NCBI GenBank assembly: GCA_034933245.1
Contig: JAYFNX010000016.1
Span: 4,005 to 68,004 of the forward strand
Length of the DNA: 64,000 nucleotides
DNA from: Candidatus Pelethousia sp.
GTDB lineage: Bacteria; Bacillota; Clostridia; Christensenellales; CAG-138
Reading direction: 5' to 3'
The notes below the pieces were generated by a model. The model saw only the letters and a program-made list of their open reading frames with translations. It was not told the origin of the DNA and ran no database searches. The position numbers and the translations under genes were made by a program. Below are positions 17,970-28,619 of the stretch, one piece after another (positions within the stretch are counted from its first letter, which is position 1; the number at the start of each line of letters is the position of its first letter).

Positions 17970-19259
17970 TTAAATTTGTTCGCCCCAAAGATCATAAGGG
18001 CCGGCCTTGGTAATGCGGACTTGAACAAAGCTTCCAGGTTGGGGGGGATGTTCGCCATACTGAAAGCGGATGCTTCCATCTACCTCAGGCGCCTCGGCAT
18101 AGGAGCGGCCATACGCCATAGTATCCTCAATCCCTTCCACAAGCACCTCATAAACGCGGCCGATTCGAGCCTGATTTCTGGAAAGAGAAATCGCCCGCTG
18201 CGCTTGCATCACCCTATCCAAACGGCCTTGTTTCACCGATTCTTCTATTTGATCAGTCATTTCGGCTGCCGGCGTATTTTCTTCTATAGAATAAGCAAAG
18301 GCCCCTAGCCGGTCAAATGGATGCGTTTGCAAGAATTCGGCCAATTGCCCGAATTCCTCCTCCGTTTCCCCCGGAAAGCCAGTGATGACAGTCGTTCGCA
18401 AAATAAAATCATGGCTTCTCTCACGGATATAATCTACCATATGACGGATATGTTCTGCCGATCCATGGCGGTTCATACGCCGCAAGACATGGGGCGCAAT
18501 GTGCTGAATGGGCATGTCCAAATAAGGGACAAGCTTAGGTTCGGCCAGCATCGCCTCCATTAAAGCCTCATCCACGGTATTTGGATAGGTATACAGAACC
18601 CGGATCCAGTGAAGGTCTTCTATTTTACACAGCGCCAGCAAAAGCTCGCGCAGCATGGGTTTTCCATATAGATCGCTTCCATACGCGGAGGTATCCTGGG
18701 CGATAACGGTCAATTCCACCACGCCTTCCGCCGCCAGCCTTTGGGCTTCCGCAAGAAGATCCTCCATAGGAACGCTTACACGTGGGCCACGGATAAGGGG
18801 GATAGCGCAATAGGTGCAGCGATTGTCGCATCCGTCGGCAATGCGAAGGTAAGCCGAATAGGGCGGCGTTGTAAGAACCCGCGGGCAGCAACCTTTCTCG
18901 GGGATCACGCCTGCCAGCTGGCAAATCCTGCGGACAAGCCCTTTATGGTCCTTTATCCCCCATATGAGATCCAGCTCGGGCATTTCTTCTTGGAGTTCCC
19001 GCGCATACCGTTCTGTAAGGCAACCGGTTCCAACGAGAATACGGCAATGGCCGGCGGTTTTATAGGCAGCCATCTCCAAAATGGTGTTAATGGACTCTTC
19101 CTTGGCAGGCGTGATAAAGCCGCATGTGTTCACAAGCAGAACGTCCGCCTCCGCCGGGTCTGTAGTAAGCGTAAAACCGGCGTTAACCAGCTCCGCCAGA
19201 ATATATTCGCTGTCCACCCGGTTCTTAGAACATCCAAGAGATACCATCCCTGCCTTCAT
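17970..19259 (-). CDS. rimO: Ribosomal protein S12 methylthiotransferase RimO
   Basis: UPF0004 N-domain (SLGCSKNRVDSE), radical-SAM CDNRCTYCAIP, C-terminal TRAM domain. Confidence 0.9.
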   Translation of the reverse strand: MKAGMVSLGCSKNRVDSEYILAELVNAGFTLTTDPAEADVLLVNTCGFITPAKEESINTILEMAAYKTAGHCRILVGTGCLTERYARELQEEMPELDLIWGIKDHKGLVRRICQLAGVIPEKGCCPRVLTTPPYSAYLRIADGCDNRCTYCAIPLIRGPRVSVPMEDLLAEAQRLAAEGVVELTVIAQDTSAYGSDLYGKPMLRELLLALCKIEDLHWIRVLYTYPNTVDEALMEAMLAEPKLVPYLDMPIQHIAPHVLRRMNRHGSAEHIRHMVDYIRERSHDFILRTTVITGFPGETEEEFGQLAEFLQTHPFDRLGAFAYSIEENTPAAEMTDQIEESVKQGRLDRVMQAQRAISLSRNQARIGRVYEVLVEGIEDTMAYGRSYAEAPEVDGSIRFQYGEHPPQPGSFVQVRITKAGPYDLWGEQI

Positions 19260-21733
19260 TCCATATCCTCCTCCGGTTTATGCGTTTCTCCGCCGAACAT
19301 CTCTGCGTAGTCGGCCGCCGTGATAAGCAGCTTACGAGGTTTGCTGCCATCAAAGCCGCTTACAATTTTCTTTTGCTCCATGATATCGATAAGCCGGGCC
19401 GCCCGTGCATACCCCACCCGAAGCCGACGCTGAATCATGGAGATCGATGCCTGCCCGCTTTCCAATACGATTTTCACCGCATCGGGAAAGAGCTCGTCCT
19501 CCTGCTTTCCGTTTCCTTGCGCGGGCCCGTTCTCTCCTGCGCAGGCAATTGTATCAAGGGAAACTTCGGAATATTGTTCCACCGGAGCCGTGTGATGAGC
19601 GGAGAAGAAATCCATCACCCGCTCTACCTCTTCGTCGCTGACATAAGCAGCTTGGGCTCTTATGGGTTTATTTGCCCCATTCGCATGAAAGAGCATATCG
19701 CCTCTGCCGAGGAGCTTTTCCGCTCCGCTTACGTCCATAATCACGCGGGAGTCCACCGCCGAGGACACCGTAAGGGCAATCCGGCTGGGTATGTTTGTTT
19801 TAATAAGGCCGGTGATAATATCCGTAGATGGTCTCTGCGTAGCCACAATCAGGTGAATGCCTGCCGCTCTTCCAAGCTGGGCAATACGGCAAATGGACTC
19901 CTCTACGTCTTTAGCGGCCACCATCATGAGATCCGCCAGTTCATCAATAATAATAACAAGCCTCGGAAGATTATCACCCACATCTTCCTGCAGAGAATTA
20001 TACCGATTTAGATCCCTCGCATTGACAAGAGACATCTTTTGGTACCGTTGCTCCATTTCTACAACGGCCCACTTTAAAGCGCCGGCCGCTTTCTTGGCAT
20101 CTGTAACCACGGGTAAAAGCAGATGCGGCAAGGGGGAGTACACTTTCAGCTCTACTTTTTTCGGGTCCACCAAAATCATGCGCAAATCGCAAGGCGCCGT
20201 ATGATAGATCATGCTCAAGATGATGTCGTTAATACAAACGCTCTTACCGCTGCCGGTAGAGCCCGCAATGAGCAAATGCGGCATGCGGTCTAAATCCGCA
20301 CATACCACCTTACCGGCAATATCCTTGCCTAAGGCAAAACATAAGGGGGATTTAGCAGCTATGAACTCTGGGGAATCAATGGCTTCCCGCAAAAGCACGG
20401 GTTGGATATCCTTATTCGGTATCTCGATTCCAATGGCAGCCTTGCCAGGAATGGGCGCTTCAATGCGCACACGGGGCGCCGCCAAAGCGAGCGCAATATC
20501 ATCCGAAAGGGTGGTAATGCGGTTTACCCGCACACCCTGGGCAGGCTGAAGCTCAAAGCGCGTGATGACGGGCCCTACGGTAATGTTGATGACCCGCGCG
20601 CTGATATTGAAGCTTTGGAGTGTTTCCACAAGCATGCGGCTTTTTTCCGCAGGAGATTCTTCAGCGGCATAATGGCGCTGGGGCGTGTTGAGCAAAGTAT
20701 AGGGGGGACGCTGGTAGGCCAAGATATCCGGCGTGGCGCTCGGAAGATCTGCCGTCTGTTCTTGAAGATCGTCTTGCGAGGTCTCCTCTTGCTTGTCGCC
20801 TTGGGCTTGTTCCTCCTTAAGCTCGTGTACCGTTACCGTCTTTTTTCGTTCCTTTCGGGAGGATATGCGGGTAATGGGCGCGTCTTCATCCGAAGCATGC
20901 ACTTCCACTTCAGATAAAATATCAAAGGGATCATCTTCATCTTCCCCTCGAAGCGGTAAATCTCCAGTGGAGGGGAAATAGGAAAGTTCATCGAGTTTCG
21001 GATTTCCGGAATCCTCGTCCACCAAAACGCGCCTTTCAACTTTTACTCCCGTATGACCGTGCCCACTAGCGGGATGGGGCGGTTCCAGGATTTCATTAAA
21101 AAGGTTCTTTTTTGTAACGTCGATTTTTTCTGCTACCACAGTGGCTCCGGTTTTAATCTGCCTACCCATCTTGACGCCTGCCGAACGCAAAGAAATTTGG
21201 GTAGCCACCAAAAATAGAATTACCAGGGCAGCGATAAAAAAGATGTTTGTCCCCACTGAACCTAAAAAGACCAAGGAAGGATAGGCCGGTAGCGCACCGA
21301 AAAGGCCCCCGCCCTTCTGCAGATTGCTGCCATATTGATAAGCATCCACATAATAATCCCATAAGCTTATGCCGCCTGTTGTGTTTCGTGCATGCGCATG
21401 TAGCAGTACCAAAATACAGACGAGAGCTAATACGGAGATCACGATGGTGGATCCGGCGGCGCCTTTACCCGAGGAGGAAGCAATGCATAGAATGCCAAGG
21501 ATTACCAAAATAAGAGGGAGCACATAGGTTATAATTCCAAATAAACCAAAACAGACCCGGTTTACCACCTGGCCAATAATACCTACGGCATCCACATATA
21601 AGCTGGCGGCAAAAAACAGGCCGAAAGCAATGAGCAAAACGCCCGTAGCCTCCCGCTTTATGCGCCTTTTCCGTTCCAGCACAGCCTTTGTTGCAGCTTT
21701 TTCACCTTTGGTTGGCTTTCCCTTTGCGGCCAT
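19256..21733 (-). CDS. ftsK: DNA translocase FtsK/SpoIIIE
   Basis: N-terminal TM helices, linker, motor domain with Walker A GSTGSGKSV, C-terminal gamma wHTH (ASISMIQRRLRVGYARAARL). Confidence 0.93.
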   Translation of the reverse strand: MAAKGKPTKGEKAATKAVLERKRRIKREATGVLLIAFGLFFAASLYVDAVGIIGQVVNRVCFGLFGIITYVLPLILVILGILCIASSSGKGAAGSTIVISVLALVCILVLLHAHARNTTGGISLWDYYVDAYQYGSNLQKGGGLFGALPAYPSLVFLGSVGTNIFFIAALVILFLVATQISLRSAGVKMGRQIKTGATVVAEKIDVTKKNLFNEILEPPHPASGHGHTGVKVERRVLVDEDSGNPKLDELSYFPSTGDLPLRGEDEDDPFDILSEVEVHASDEDAPITRISSRKERKKTVTVHELKEEQAQGDKQEETSQDDLQEQTADLPSATPDILAYQRPPYTLLNTPQRHYAAEESPAEKSRMLVETLQSFNISARVINITVGPVITRFELQPAQGVRVNRITTLSDDIALALAAPRVRIEAPIPGKAAIGIEIPNKDIQPVLLREAIDSPEFIAAKSPLCFALGKDIAGKVVCADLDRMPHLLIAGSTGSGKSVCINDIILSMIYHTAPCDLRMILVDPKKVELKVYSPLPHLLLPVVTDAKKAAGALKWAVVEMEQRYQKMSLVNARDLNRYNSLQEDVGDNLPRLVIIIDELADLMMVAAKDVEESICRIAQLGRAAGIHLIVATQRPSTDIITGLIKTNIPSRIALTVSSAVDSRVIMDVSGAEKLLGRGDMLFHANGANKPIRAQAAYVSDEEVERVMDFFSAHHTAPVEQYSEVSLDTIACAGENGPAQGNGKQEDELFPDAVKIVLESGQASISMIQRRLRVGYARAARLIDIMEQKKIVSGFDGSKPRKLLITAADYAEMFGGETHKPEEDME

Positions 21734-21833
21734 ATATACCTCGCATTCCGTTTAAAATTATACTACACTTGGTATCGCAAAGAAAGGGCAGATGCGAATT
21801 TCATCCCAATGCCCTTTTTTATGTTACTTTTCA

Positions 21834-21864
21834 GCATAAAAAATGGGGCCCGCTTGGGCCCCAT
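21834..21864 (-). terminator. Rho-independent terminator after ispH/S1
   Basis: The - strand reads AUGGGGCCC-AAGC-GGGCCCCAU followed by UUUUUUA. A second hairpin (AAGGGCA ... TGCCCTT, 21784-21816) follows. Confidence 0.75.
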
Positions 21865-21883
21865 GGATTGTTTGCCTGGAAGG

Positions 21884-24217
21884 TTAATCCTTATCGTTTT
21901 CCTGCGCTGTAAAGGCAGAGAACAAATCAGCCAGCGACGTAGTAGACTGCTGCACGGGCGGCAGATCATAATCCGCATCTTCACGGCGGGGACGACGCTC
22001 GCGGCGTTCGCTGCGATCCGCGGGAGCAGAAGCAAACGTATTATTGCTGCGCTCGCTGGTTCTCTCGTGACGTTCAGAGCGCTCTGGGCGTTGCTGCACT
22101 TGGCGGGATTCATTGGCAGTCGCACGCTCATGAGAAATGCGCTCACGCTCGGCCCGCTCCGCAGCAAGCTGCTGGGCAATTTCAGGATTTTCCTCCAAAA
22201 TAACTTCCCGACGGCTAAGGCTAATACGCTTGGCCTCAGGGTTCACATCCAAAACTTTGCAGCGAACCATATCGCCTACGTTAATCTCATCCTCCACTTT
22301 CTCAATCCGCTTTACGCCAACCTGAGAAATATGAATGAGTCCGTCAATGGTGGGCTCAAGAGCCACAAAAGCACCAAAGGGAACAATGCGGACAACCTTA
22401 CCCTCTACGATGGAGCCCACGGGATATTTTTGATCCGCCATCGTCCAAGGATTTGGTTGTAGCTGATTATATCCAAGGGAAACGAGCTGTTTCTCCACAT
22501 CGACATCCCTGATAAGAAGATATACCTCCTGGCCGATAGAGAGCACGTCGGAAGGATGCTTCACGCGGCCCCAGGCAACATCCGTCACATGAACTAGGCC
22601 GTCAATTCCGCCAATGTCCACAAAGGCGCCAAAATCCGTAAGCCTGCGGACAACGCCATGAACCTTGGAACCCACAACCAATTGGCTCCAAAGCTCCTTG
22701 CGATGCTTTTCGGCTTCCTCAAGCATCACGGCCTTATGGGAAGCAACGATACGCTTGCGAGCCTTGTCCACCTCAATAACTTTCAAGCTTAAAGTCTGGC
22801 CCACGTATTCGCCGATGTTTTCAACATATTTTGTGGAAATATGGGAAGCGGGAATAAAGGCGCGGATACCTTCGATAGTCGCAATCAAACCGCCCTTGAC
22901 GACTTCCTTGCCAACCCCCTCAAAGACCTTATTCTGGATATCTTCATCCTTCATCAGGTCATCCCAAAGCTTTTTGCTTTCCACATTTTTACGGGAGAGC
23001 AGCACATTGCCCTCGCCATCATTCACCTTGAGAACCTCAACCTCGATTTCGTCCCCTACCTTTACACATTCGGCGGGATCTACATCGGGATTAGTAGAGA
23101 ATTCGCTGCGTGGGATATAGCCATCCGCTTTGTAGCCGATATCAATGCCAACTTCGCCATTAACGATTTGAAGCACGGTTCCCTTGATAAGCTGCCCATT
23201 GCGGATACGAACCAAGGTTTTTTCAAACGCTTCCTCGAAGCTGGGCTCGGCCGTTTCTTCGGCCGCAGGTGCTTCCGCCTTAGGCTCTTCTTTCGTGGCC
23301 TCGGCCGATACGGACGTCTCGACGGTAGCTGCTTCTTCTGCCTCTACCTTTTCAATTTCGGGGCTTTCAGCCATCGTCTTTTCCAGTTCGCTCATTCTTG
23401 TTATAACCTCCATTATTATCCAATTCGGCGTTGAAGCGCCTCCAACAACCCCTATTATATCATTTGTATCAATATTTTCAAGTAAAAATTCACTTGGATT
23501 TGCTATAGATTGCACCTGTTTACAGTATTTTTTGCAAATTGCCGCCAGCTTTTGCGTATTGGAACTGTGATGACCGCCCACTACCAGCATATATGTACAT
23601 TTTTTACTAAGCGCAGCAGCTTCATCCTGTCTTTGGCAAGTGGAAGGACAAATGGTGAAAAAGCATCGGAAATCTTTCACTTTTGATCGCAAAATGCAGG
23701 CAATTGCTTCAAATCCATCCCGTTGGGCCGTAGTCTGTGATACTAAGCATGCCTTTTCAAAAAAAGGCAACACCTCTGCCTCTTCGGGCTTCTTTATTAT
23801 AAATACTGCTACATCTTTTGCATATCCTGCAATCCCCCGTACTTCCGGGTGGTCTGCGGTGCCGTAGATTAGGATCGGGCATCCTTCCCCCGCCTGTTCC
23901 GCCACAATCTGGTGGATGCGGGCCACAAAGGGGCAGGTAGCGTCCGTTACTTCCCCAGCTCGTTCCATAAGCTCCCCCCGTTCCTGGGGGGAGAGACCAT
24001 GGGACCGAATAATCATCCTGCTTCCCAAAGGGATCTCCGTTAACCCATGGATTACGTGAATGCCTTCCTCCTCCAGCTTCTCGATCACGGACTCGTTATG
24101 GATGAGTTCTCCATAGGTATAGACAGGACCTCTTTTTGCCGCTTCTCTGGCCATATCCATGGCTCGTTCCACGCCAAAACAAAACCCAATATGCTTAGCG
24201 GTGATAAGCTTGCTCAT
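21884..24217 (-). CDS. ispH: Bifunctional 4-hydroxy-3-methylbut-2-enyl diphosphate reductase (IspH/LytB) fused to ribosomal protein S1 repeats
   Basis: The N-terminal ~280 aa are LytB-like (GFCFGVERA, conserved Cys). They are followed by four S1 domains and an ER-rich tail. This fusion is common in Clostridia. Confidence 0.9.
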   Translation of the reverse strand: MSKLITAKHIGFCFGVERAMDMAREAAKRGPVYTYGELIHNESVIEKLEEEGIHVIHGLTEIPLGSRMIIRSHGLSPQERGELMERAGEVTDATCPFVARIHQIVAEQAGEGCPILIYGTADHPEVRGIAGYAKDVAVFIIKKPEEAEVLPFFEKACLVSQTTAQRDGFEAIACILRSKVKDFRCFFTICPSTCQRQDEAAALSKKCTYMLVVGGHHSSNTQKLAAICKKYCKQVQSIANPSEFLLENIDTNDIIGVVGGASTPNWIIMEVITRMSELEKTMAESPEIEKVEAEEAATVETSVSAEATKEEPKAEAPAAEETAEPSFEEAFEKTLVRIRNGQLIKGTVLQIVNGEVGIDIGYKADGYIPRSEFSTNPDVDPAECVKVGDEIEVEVLKVNDGEGNVLLSRKNVESKKLWDDLMKDEDIQNKVFEGVGKEVVKGGLIATIEGIRAFIPASHISTKYVENIGEYVGQTLSLKVIEVDKARKRIVASHKAVMLEEAEKHRKELWSQLVVGSKVHGVVRRLTDFGAFVDIGGIDGLVHVTDVAWGRVKHPSDVLSIGQEVYLLIRDVDVEKQLVSLGYNQLQPNPWTMADQKYPVGSIVEGKVVRIVPFGAFVALEPTIDGLIHISQVGVKRIEKVEDEINVGDMVRCKVLDVNPEAKRISLSRREVILEENPEIAQQLAAERAERERISHERATANESRQVQQRPERSERHERTSERSNNTFASAPADRSERRERRPRREDADYDLPPVQQSTTSLADLFSAFTAQENDKD

Positions 24218-24810
24218 AGGGTATTCTCCAATTGCGTTTTCAGGTGCAAAAAGGAATCCTCCATAGCGGCTGTAAGCGCCGCCATGTGAGCGGAACGCGG
24301 CAATCCTTCCACAACATCCGAAGCATAGAGCGGCTCCCCCACGATCAATTTGGGACGCTGGGTACGGTAACTGCTTGCATGGATATAAATGGGTAACAAA
24401 GGCGCACCGCTACGCAGGGCTAAAAAGGCCGCGCCTTCTTCCATTTCATCCAATTCAAAGGTGATGGAGCGCTTGCCTTCGGGGAAAATGCCGAAGACCT
24501 TGCCGTCCTTAAGTAACTGCATGGCATTGCGAAGGGAGGCCAGATCCGCGGTTTTCCGTTTGATTGGGAAAGCAAAAAGCGCCTTGAAAAACCAACGGCC
24601 AAGCGGCTTTTCAAACAGCTCTTTCTTTGCCATGAAGTGAATAAAACGCCCAGAAAGCAGCGCGATCAGCAGAGGGTCACACATAGAGATATGATTCGCC
24701 ACGAAAATAGCGGGGCCTTTGATATCCAAACCCTTACGGTTAATGACCCGGGGCCTCCAAAAAAGCAAAATCAACGGCCCCCAAACATATTTCACCAAAA
24801 TATAAAACAC
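24214..24810 (-). CDS. plsC: 1-acyl-sn-glycerol-3-phosphate acyltransferase
   Basis: HX4D motif (NHISMCD) and FPEGKRS. GTG start at 24810. Confidence 0.8.
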   Translation of the reverse strand: MFYILVKYVWGPLILLFWRPRVINRKGLDIKGPAIFVANHISMCDPLLIALLSGRFIHFMAKKELFEKPLGRWFFKALFAFPIKRKTADLASLRNAMQLLKDGKVFGIFPEGKRSITFELDEMEEGAAFLALRSGAPLLPIYIHASSYRTQRPKLIVGEPLYASDVVEGLPRSAHMAALTAAMEDSFLHLKTQLENTL

Positions 24811-24816
24811 GGTTCT

Positions 24817-25500
24817 TTACCTTTCTTCCCCCAATCTCGTGGGCAAATGACTTAACACCGCAGCAACAGCTTGCTCCAGCGTCATGTCCGTGGTGTCGAT
24901 ATAAATGGCCTCGGGCACTTGAATCAAAGGTGCAAAGGCGCGCGTACGATCGTTATGATCCCGCTGGAGGATCTGGCGCTCCATCTCCTTGGCCGATAGA
25001 TCCGCACACTGGCCCTTTGCCTTAAGTTCGTCCAATCGGCGAGTTGCGCGGGTCTCTGGAGAAGCTGTGATAAAGAATTTATAAGCTGCGTCCGGAAGCA
25101 CGTAAGAACCGATCTCTCTTCCATCCAGCACCACGTCATTTTCTCGTGCAATGCATCTCTGGGCTTCCGCGAGCTTAATCCGTACGCCCGGAATTGCGCT
25201 GATATCCGATGCGCCCTTTGCGACTTCCTGGGTGCGGATCCGTTCGGAAACGTCCTCCCCATCCAAGTATGTATGTTGCACTCCCTTTACGCTTCGAACA
25301 AAAATCTCCGTTTGCTCCAAAAGGGACAATACGGCGGGAACCTCCTTGGGGGAAATGTCTTTTTGCAGAGCTTTTAGGGCCATTGCCCTATACATGGCGC
25401 CCGTATCCAAATATAAGATTCCCAGCGCATTTGCCACAGCCTTGGCAATGGTACTCTTCCCAGCTCCTGCGGGGCCGTCTATCGCGATGTTTAAATGCAT
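24817..25500 (-). CDS. cmk: Cytidylate kinase
   Basis: IAIDGPAGAGKST P-loop and LDTGAMYR. Confidence 0.93.
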   Translation of the reverse strand: MHLNIAIDGPAGAGKSTIAKAVANALGILYLDTGAMYRAMALKALQKDISPKEVPAVLSLLEQTEIFVRSVKGVQHTYLDGEDVSERIRTQEVAKGASDISAIPGVRIKLAEAQRCIARENDVVLDGREIGSYVLPDAAYKFFITASPETRATRRLDELKAKGQCADLSAKEMERQILQRDHNDRTRAFAPLIQVPEAIYIDTTDMTLEQAVAAVLSHLPTRLGEER

Positions 25501-25553
25501 GAAATACAGCCTTTCTTTTTGAACCGCTGGCCTAAGAACAGCGCTTGTTCCAG

Positions 25554-26786
25554 CTAAACACTCCGGCCCGCCAATGCGCCCGTGGAAAAGGCGATTTGCA
25601 GGTTATAGCCGCCTGTATATGCATCGGCATCAATGATCTCACCCGCAAAATACAAGCCTGGCACCAGTTTGGATTCCATGGTCGAAGGATTGATCTCCCT
25701 TATGGAAATACCCCCGCGGGTAATAACGGCCTCCTCCATACCACCTGCCCGAGATACCGTGAGCGGAAGCTCTTTTAAAAGAGAACAAAAATCTTGCCGT
25801 TGAGGCCGGGTGATATCTGCGGCGTGCAGGTTGGCGGGAATTCCGGAAAGCTCTACCATGATGGGAATAAGCCTGGCAGGAAGAAGATCGCCCAATGCGT
25901 TTGAAAACTGACTGCGCGCATGCTTTTCAAAGTCCCGTTGCAGCCGCTTATCCAGGCTTTCTAAAGACAAGCCCGGTTTGAGATCGATGAGTAGGGATGT
26001 GCCTGCAGGCTCGTCCGCTATGCGGCTGCTGGCAGAAAGCACCAATGGCCCGGATACACCATAGTGCGTAAAAAGCAATTCCCCCAACTCGGAAAAAACC
26101 ATTTTCCCTTTTTTGATGGCCCGCAGCGTTACATTTTTCAAAGAAAGGCCCATGACCGTTTGCGGCCAGGTTTCTTTGGTTACAAGCGATATGAGGGATG
26201 GCTTGCAGGGCGTAATGGTATGGCCCAGCTTTTCCGCAAAGGCATAGCCCTCGCCGTTAGAGCCTGTGGAAGGATAACTCAAGCCCCCGGTGCAAAGGAT
26301 AACCGCATCGTAGATTTGTTGCGTACCGTTGACCGTTAGCAAGAATTCGCCCGTTTCTTCTCTCCTGTGAATGGCTTCCACGTGGGAATGAAGCCGGATA
26401 TTCGCTCCGCTGCGGTTCACATAAGAGGTAAGCGCACGAAGGATATCGCTGGAATGATCCGATGCGGGGAATACACGGCCGCCCCGCTCCACCTTGGTGG
26501 GTGTTCCCATGCGCTCCACCAGGGCGATGATATCCTGATTTGTAAAGCCGTATAGTGCGCTGTAGAGGAACCTTGGGTTCCTGGGAATGTTCTGAAACAT
26601 ATCTTCCACGGGGCATGCGTTGGTGAGATTACACCGTCCCTTGCCTGTGATGTAGAGCTTTTTCCCGGTCTTTTCATTTTTTTCAAGCAGCGTTACAGCA
26701 TGGCCGCGCATGGCGGCTTCCCCAGCCGCCAGCATGCCCGCAGGCCCACCGCCAATTACGGCCACCTGTTTTTTTTCAATGGTCAT
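25554..26786 (-). CDS. HI0933/YhiN (BaiN-like) family FAD-dependent oxidoreductase
   Basis: N-terminal Rossmann VIGGGPAGM. C-terminal GLYFAGEIIDADAYTGGYNLQIAFSTG is typical of this family. Confidence 0.8.
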   Translation of the reverse strand: MTIEKKQVAVIGGGPAGMLAAGEAAMRGHAVTLLEKNEKTGKKLYITGKGRCNLTNACPVEDMFQNIPRNPRFLYSALYGFTNQDIIALVERMGTPTKVERGGRVFPASDHSSDILRALTSYVNRSGANIRLHSHVEAIHRREETGEFLLTVNGTQQIYDAVILCTGGLSYPSTGSNGEGYAFAEKLGHTITPCKPSLISLVTKETWPQTVMGLSLKNVTLRAIKKGKMVFSELGELLFTHYGVSGPLVLSASSRIADEPAGTSLLIDLKPGLSLESLDKRLQRDFEKHARSQFSNALGDLLPARLIPIMVELSGIPANLHAADITRPQRQDFCSLLKELPLTVSRAGGMEEAVITRGGISIREINPSTMESKLVPGLYFAGEIIDADAYTGGYNLQIAFSTGALAGRSV

Positions 26787-27664
26787 TTGGTTTTCTCCGG
26801 TGCGGATTCCCTGGAAGAAATATATACCTTTTGCCGTTTCCAGAGGCTTTCCAGTTGATCCAGCCGTTCGTATACATCGTCTTTGCGGCGAATGCTGGCG
26901 GCCACAATCAGTGCGTTAATAAGGCTTAATGGCGCGGTTAAGGAATCCGCAAAGGAAGCCATGTCGCTGCGCGCCATAAGCACATAATCCGCAAGCTCGG
27001 CGATGGGGGAAAACACGCCGTCCGTAATGGCCACTACCCTTGCCCCCATACTTTTTGCAAAAGAAAGAGCTTCCACGGTACGAGAGGAATAGCGTGGGAA
27101 GCTGATGCCCACGCAAGTATCGTCCGGACCGATACGAATCATGCTCTCATAGGCATCTCCAAAGGATGCGTTCACCGTAACCACATTATCCAGCACAAAG
27201 CCCAGATAGTAACCAAGAAACTGTGCCAGTGGCGACGCGCTCTTCATACCTACGATATAAACCTTGTTGGATGCGAAAAGCTCATCCACCACCCGGTTAA
27301 AGGTTACGTTGTCCGCCGTATCGATTGTGGCGCGTAAGTTGGCGATATCGCTCTTGAGCACGTTGGTGAGTACCTCGTCCTGCTCCAGCTCCGAAGTAAG
27401 CTGGATACGCTGCACCGCAGTGAGGCGATTGCGAATAAGCTCCTGAAGCGAACTCTGCAGCTCTGGATATCCGTCATATCCCAAGGCGTAGGCAAAGCGC
27501 ACCACGGTGGATTCGCTTACCCCTACCGTATGCCCCATACGGGAGGCGGTAATAAAGGCCGCCTTATCATAATTTTCCATGATATAGTTGGCCAACAGCT
27601 TTTGTCCCTTGCTAAAGCTGTTATAGTTTTGATTAATTCGAACCAGTAAATCGGCATTTTCCAT
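26783..27664 (-). CDS. MurR/RpiR family transcriptional regulator (HTH + SIS)
   Basis: N-terminal HTH_6 (ITASRMGHTVGVSESTVVRFA) and a C-terminal SIS domain. ATGA overlap with the downstream oxidoreductase. Confidence 0.85.
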   Translation of the reverse strand: MENADLLVRINQNYNSFSKGQKLLANYIMENYDKAAFITASRMGHTVGVSESTVVRFAYALGYDGYPELQSSLQELIRNRLTAVQRIQLTSELEQDEVLTNVLKSDIANLRATIDTADNVTFNRVVDELFASNKVYIVGMKSASPLAQFLGYYLGFVLDNVVTVNASFGDAYESMIRIGPDDTCVGISFPRYSSRTVEALSFAKSMGARVVAITDGVFSPIAELADYVLMARSDMASFADSLTAPLSLINALIVAASIRRKDDVYERLDQLESLWKRQKVYISSRESAPEKTK

Positions 27665-27679
27665 ATTCTATACCTGCGC

Positions 27680-28432
27680 TTATCCTTCCACTTGAAGCTG
27701 TGCCAGGGCTCTTTTATCCGTAAAATCCGTGAGCAGGGGGGTAATCGTTACATAGCCCCCTTCCACCCATCGCACATCGCAATCCTCTTTGGGCCCACAT
27801 TGGTAAGTCGCCCCGGTGGGCGTCCAGTAGTACTTCCTTCCATGCGGATCTTTTCGTTCGATATATTTTCCATCATAGACCTGATGGGCCAGGGGTGTGT
27901 AGCGCACGCCCAGCATCTTCTCTTCCGCTACCGGTGGAACATTTACGTTCCAAAGCAGACTTCCGCTTTTGAGGAAATCGGGTAAAAGCGTCCGAGCGAT
28001 CCGGGCGGCGGGGCCAAAGTCCTCCATGTCACATCCCGCTAGGGAAAGGGCCATGCTGGGTACGCCCAAGAGCGCCCCTTCCATAGCGGCGGAGACGGTG
28101 CCCGAATAAGTCGTATCCACCCCAAGATTCTGCCCATGGTTGATGCCGGAAAGAATGCAATCCGGGCGTTGAGCCAGGTTCCCCAACCCCACTTTCACGC
28201 AGTCCGTAGGGGTGCCGTTTACGGCGTAAGCCTCCACATCCTCTAACCCGCTCAACGTGACGCGATTGGCGCGCAACGGCGTTAAAAAGGTAAACGAATG
28301 CCCGGCACCGCTCCGCTCGCTATCCGGCGCTACAATGGTTACTTGGTGGCCGCCATTTTCACTTAACTCCAATGCTAGCGCCTGGATTCCCGCAGCGAAA
28401 ATACCATCGTCATTCGTCAGCATAATGTGCAT
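27680..28432 (-). CDS. surE: 5'/3'-nucleotidase SurE
   Basis: MLTNDDGI N-terminus, GINHGQN, TYSGTVSAAMEG. Confidence 0.92.
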   Translation of the reverse strand: MHIMLTNDDGIFAAGIQALALELSENGGHQVTIVAPDSERSGAGHSFTFLTPLRANRVTLSGLEDVEAYAVNGTPTDCVKVGLGNLAQRPDCILSGINHGQNLGVDTTYSGTVSAAMEGALLGVPSMALSLAGCDMEDFGPAARIARTLLPDFLKSGSLLWNVNVPPVAEEKMLGVRYTPLAHQVYDGKYIERKDPHGRKYYWTPTGATYQCGPKEDCDVRWVEGGYVTITPLLTDFTDKRALAQLQVEG

Positions 28433-28571
28433 AGGCTCCGAATCCCCTTCTATAATGATTTATTTCCTGCATACGCTTGCACTATTGTAGCAAAGTGGTC
28501 GGAAAAATGCAATCATAATCCGCAAAAGATGCAAGTCCTGCAAATAATCGTGCAAATGCAGAGCAAACCAC

Positions 28572-28605
28572 AAAACGGGCGATGCTTATCGCATCGCCCG
28601 TTTTT
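28572..28605. terminator. Bidirectional terminator after the decarboxylase operon
   Basis: 10-bp stem CGGGCGATGC / GCATCGCCCG (28576-28585 / 28591-28600), flanked by AAAA and TTTTT. Confidence 0.8.
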
Positions 28606-28619
28606 AGATGTCGTGCAAA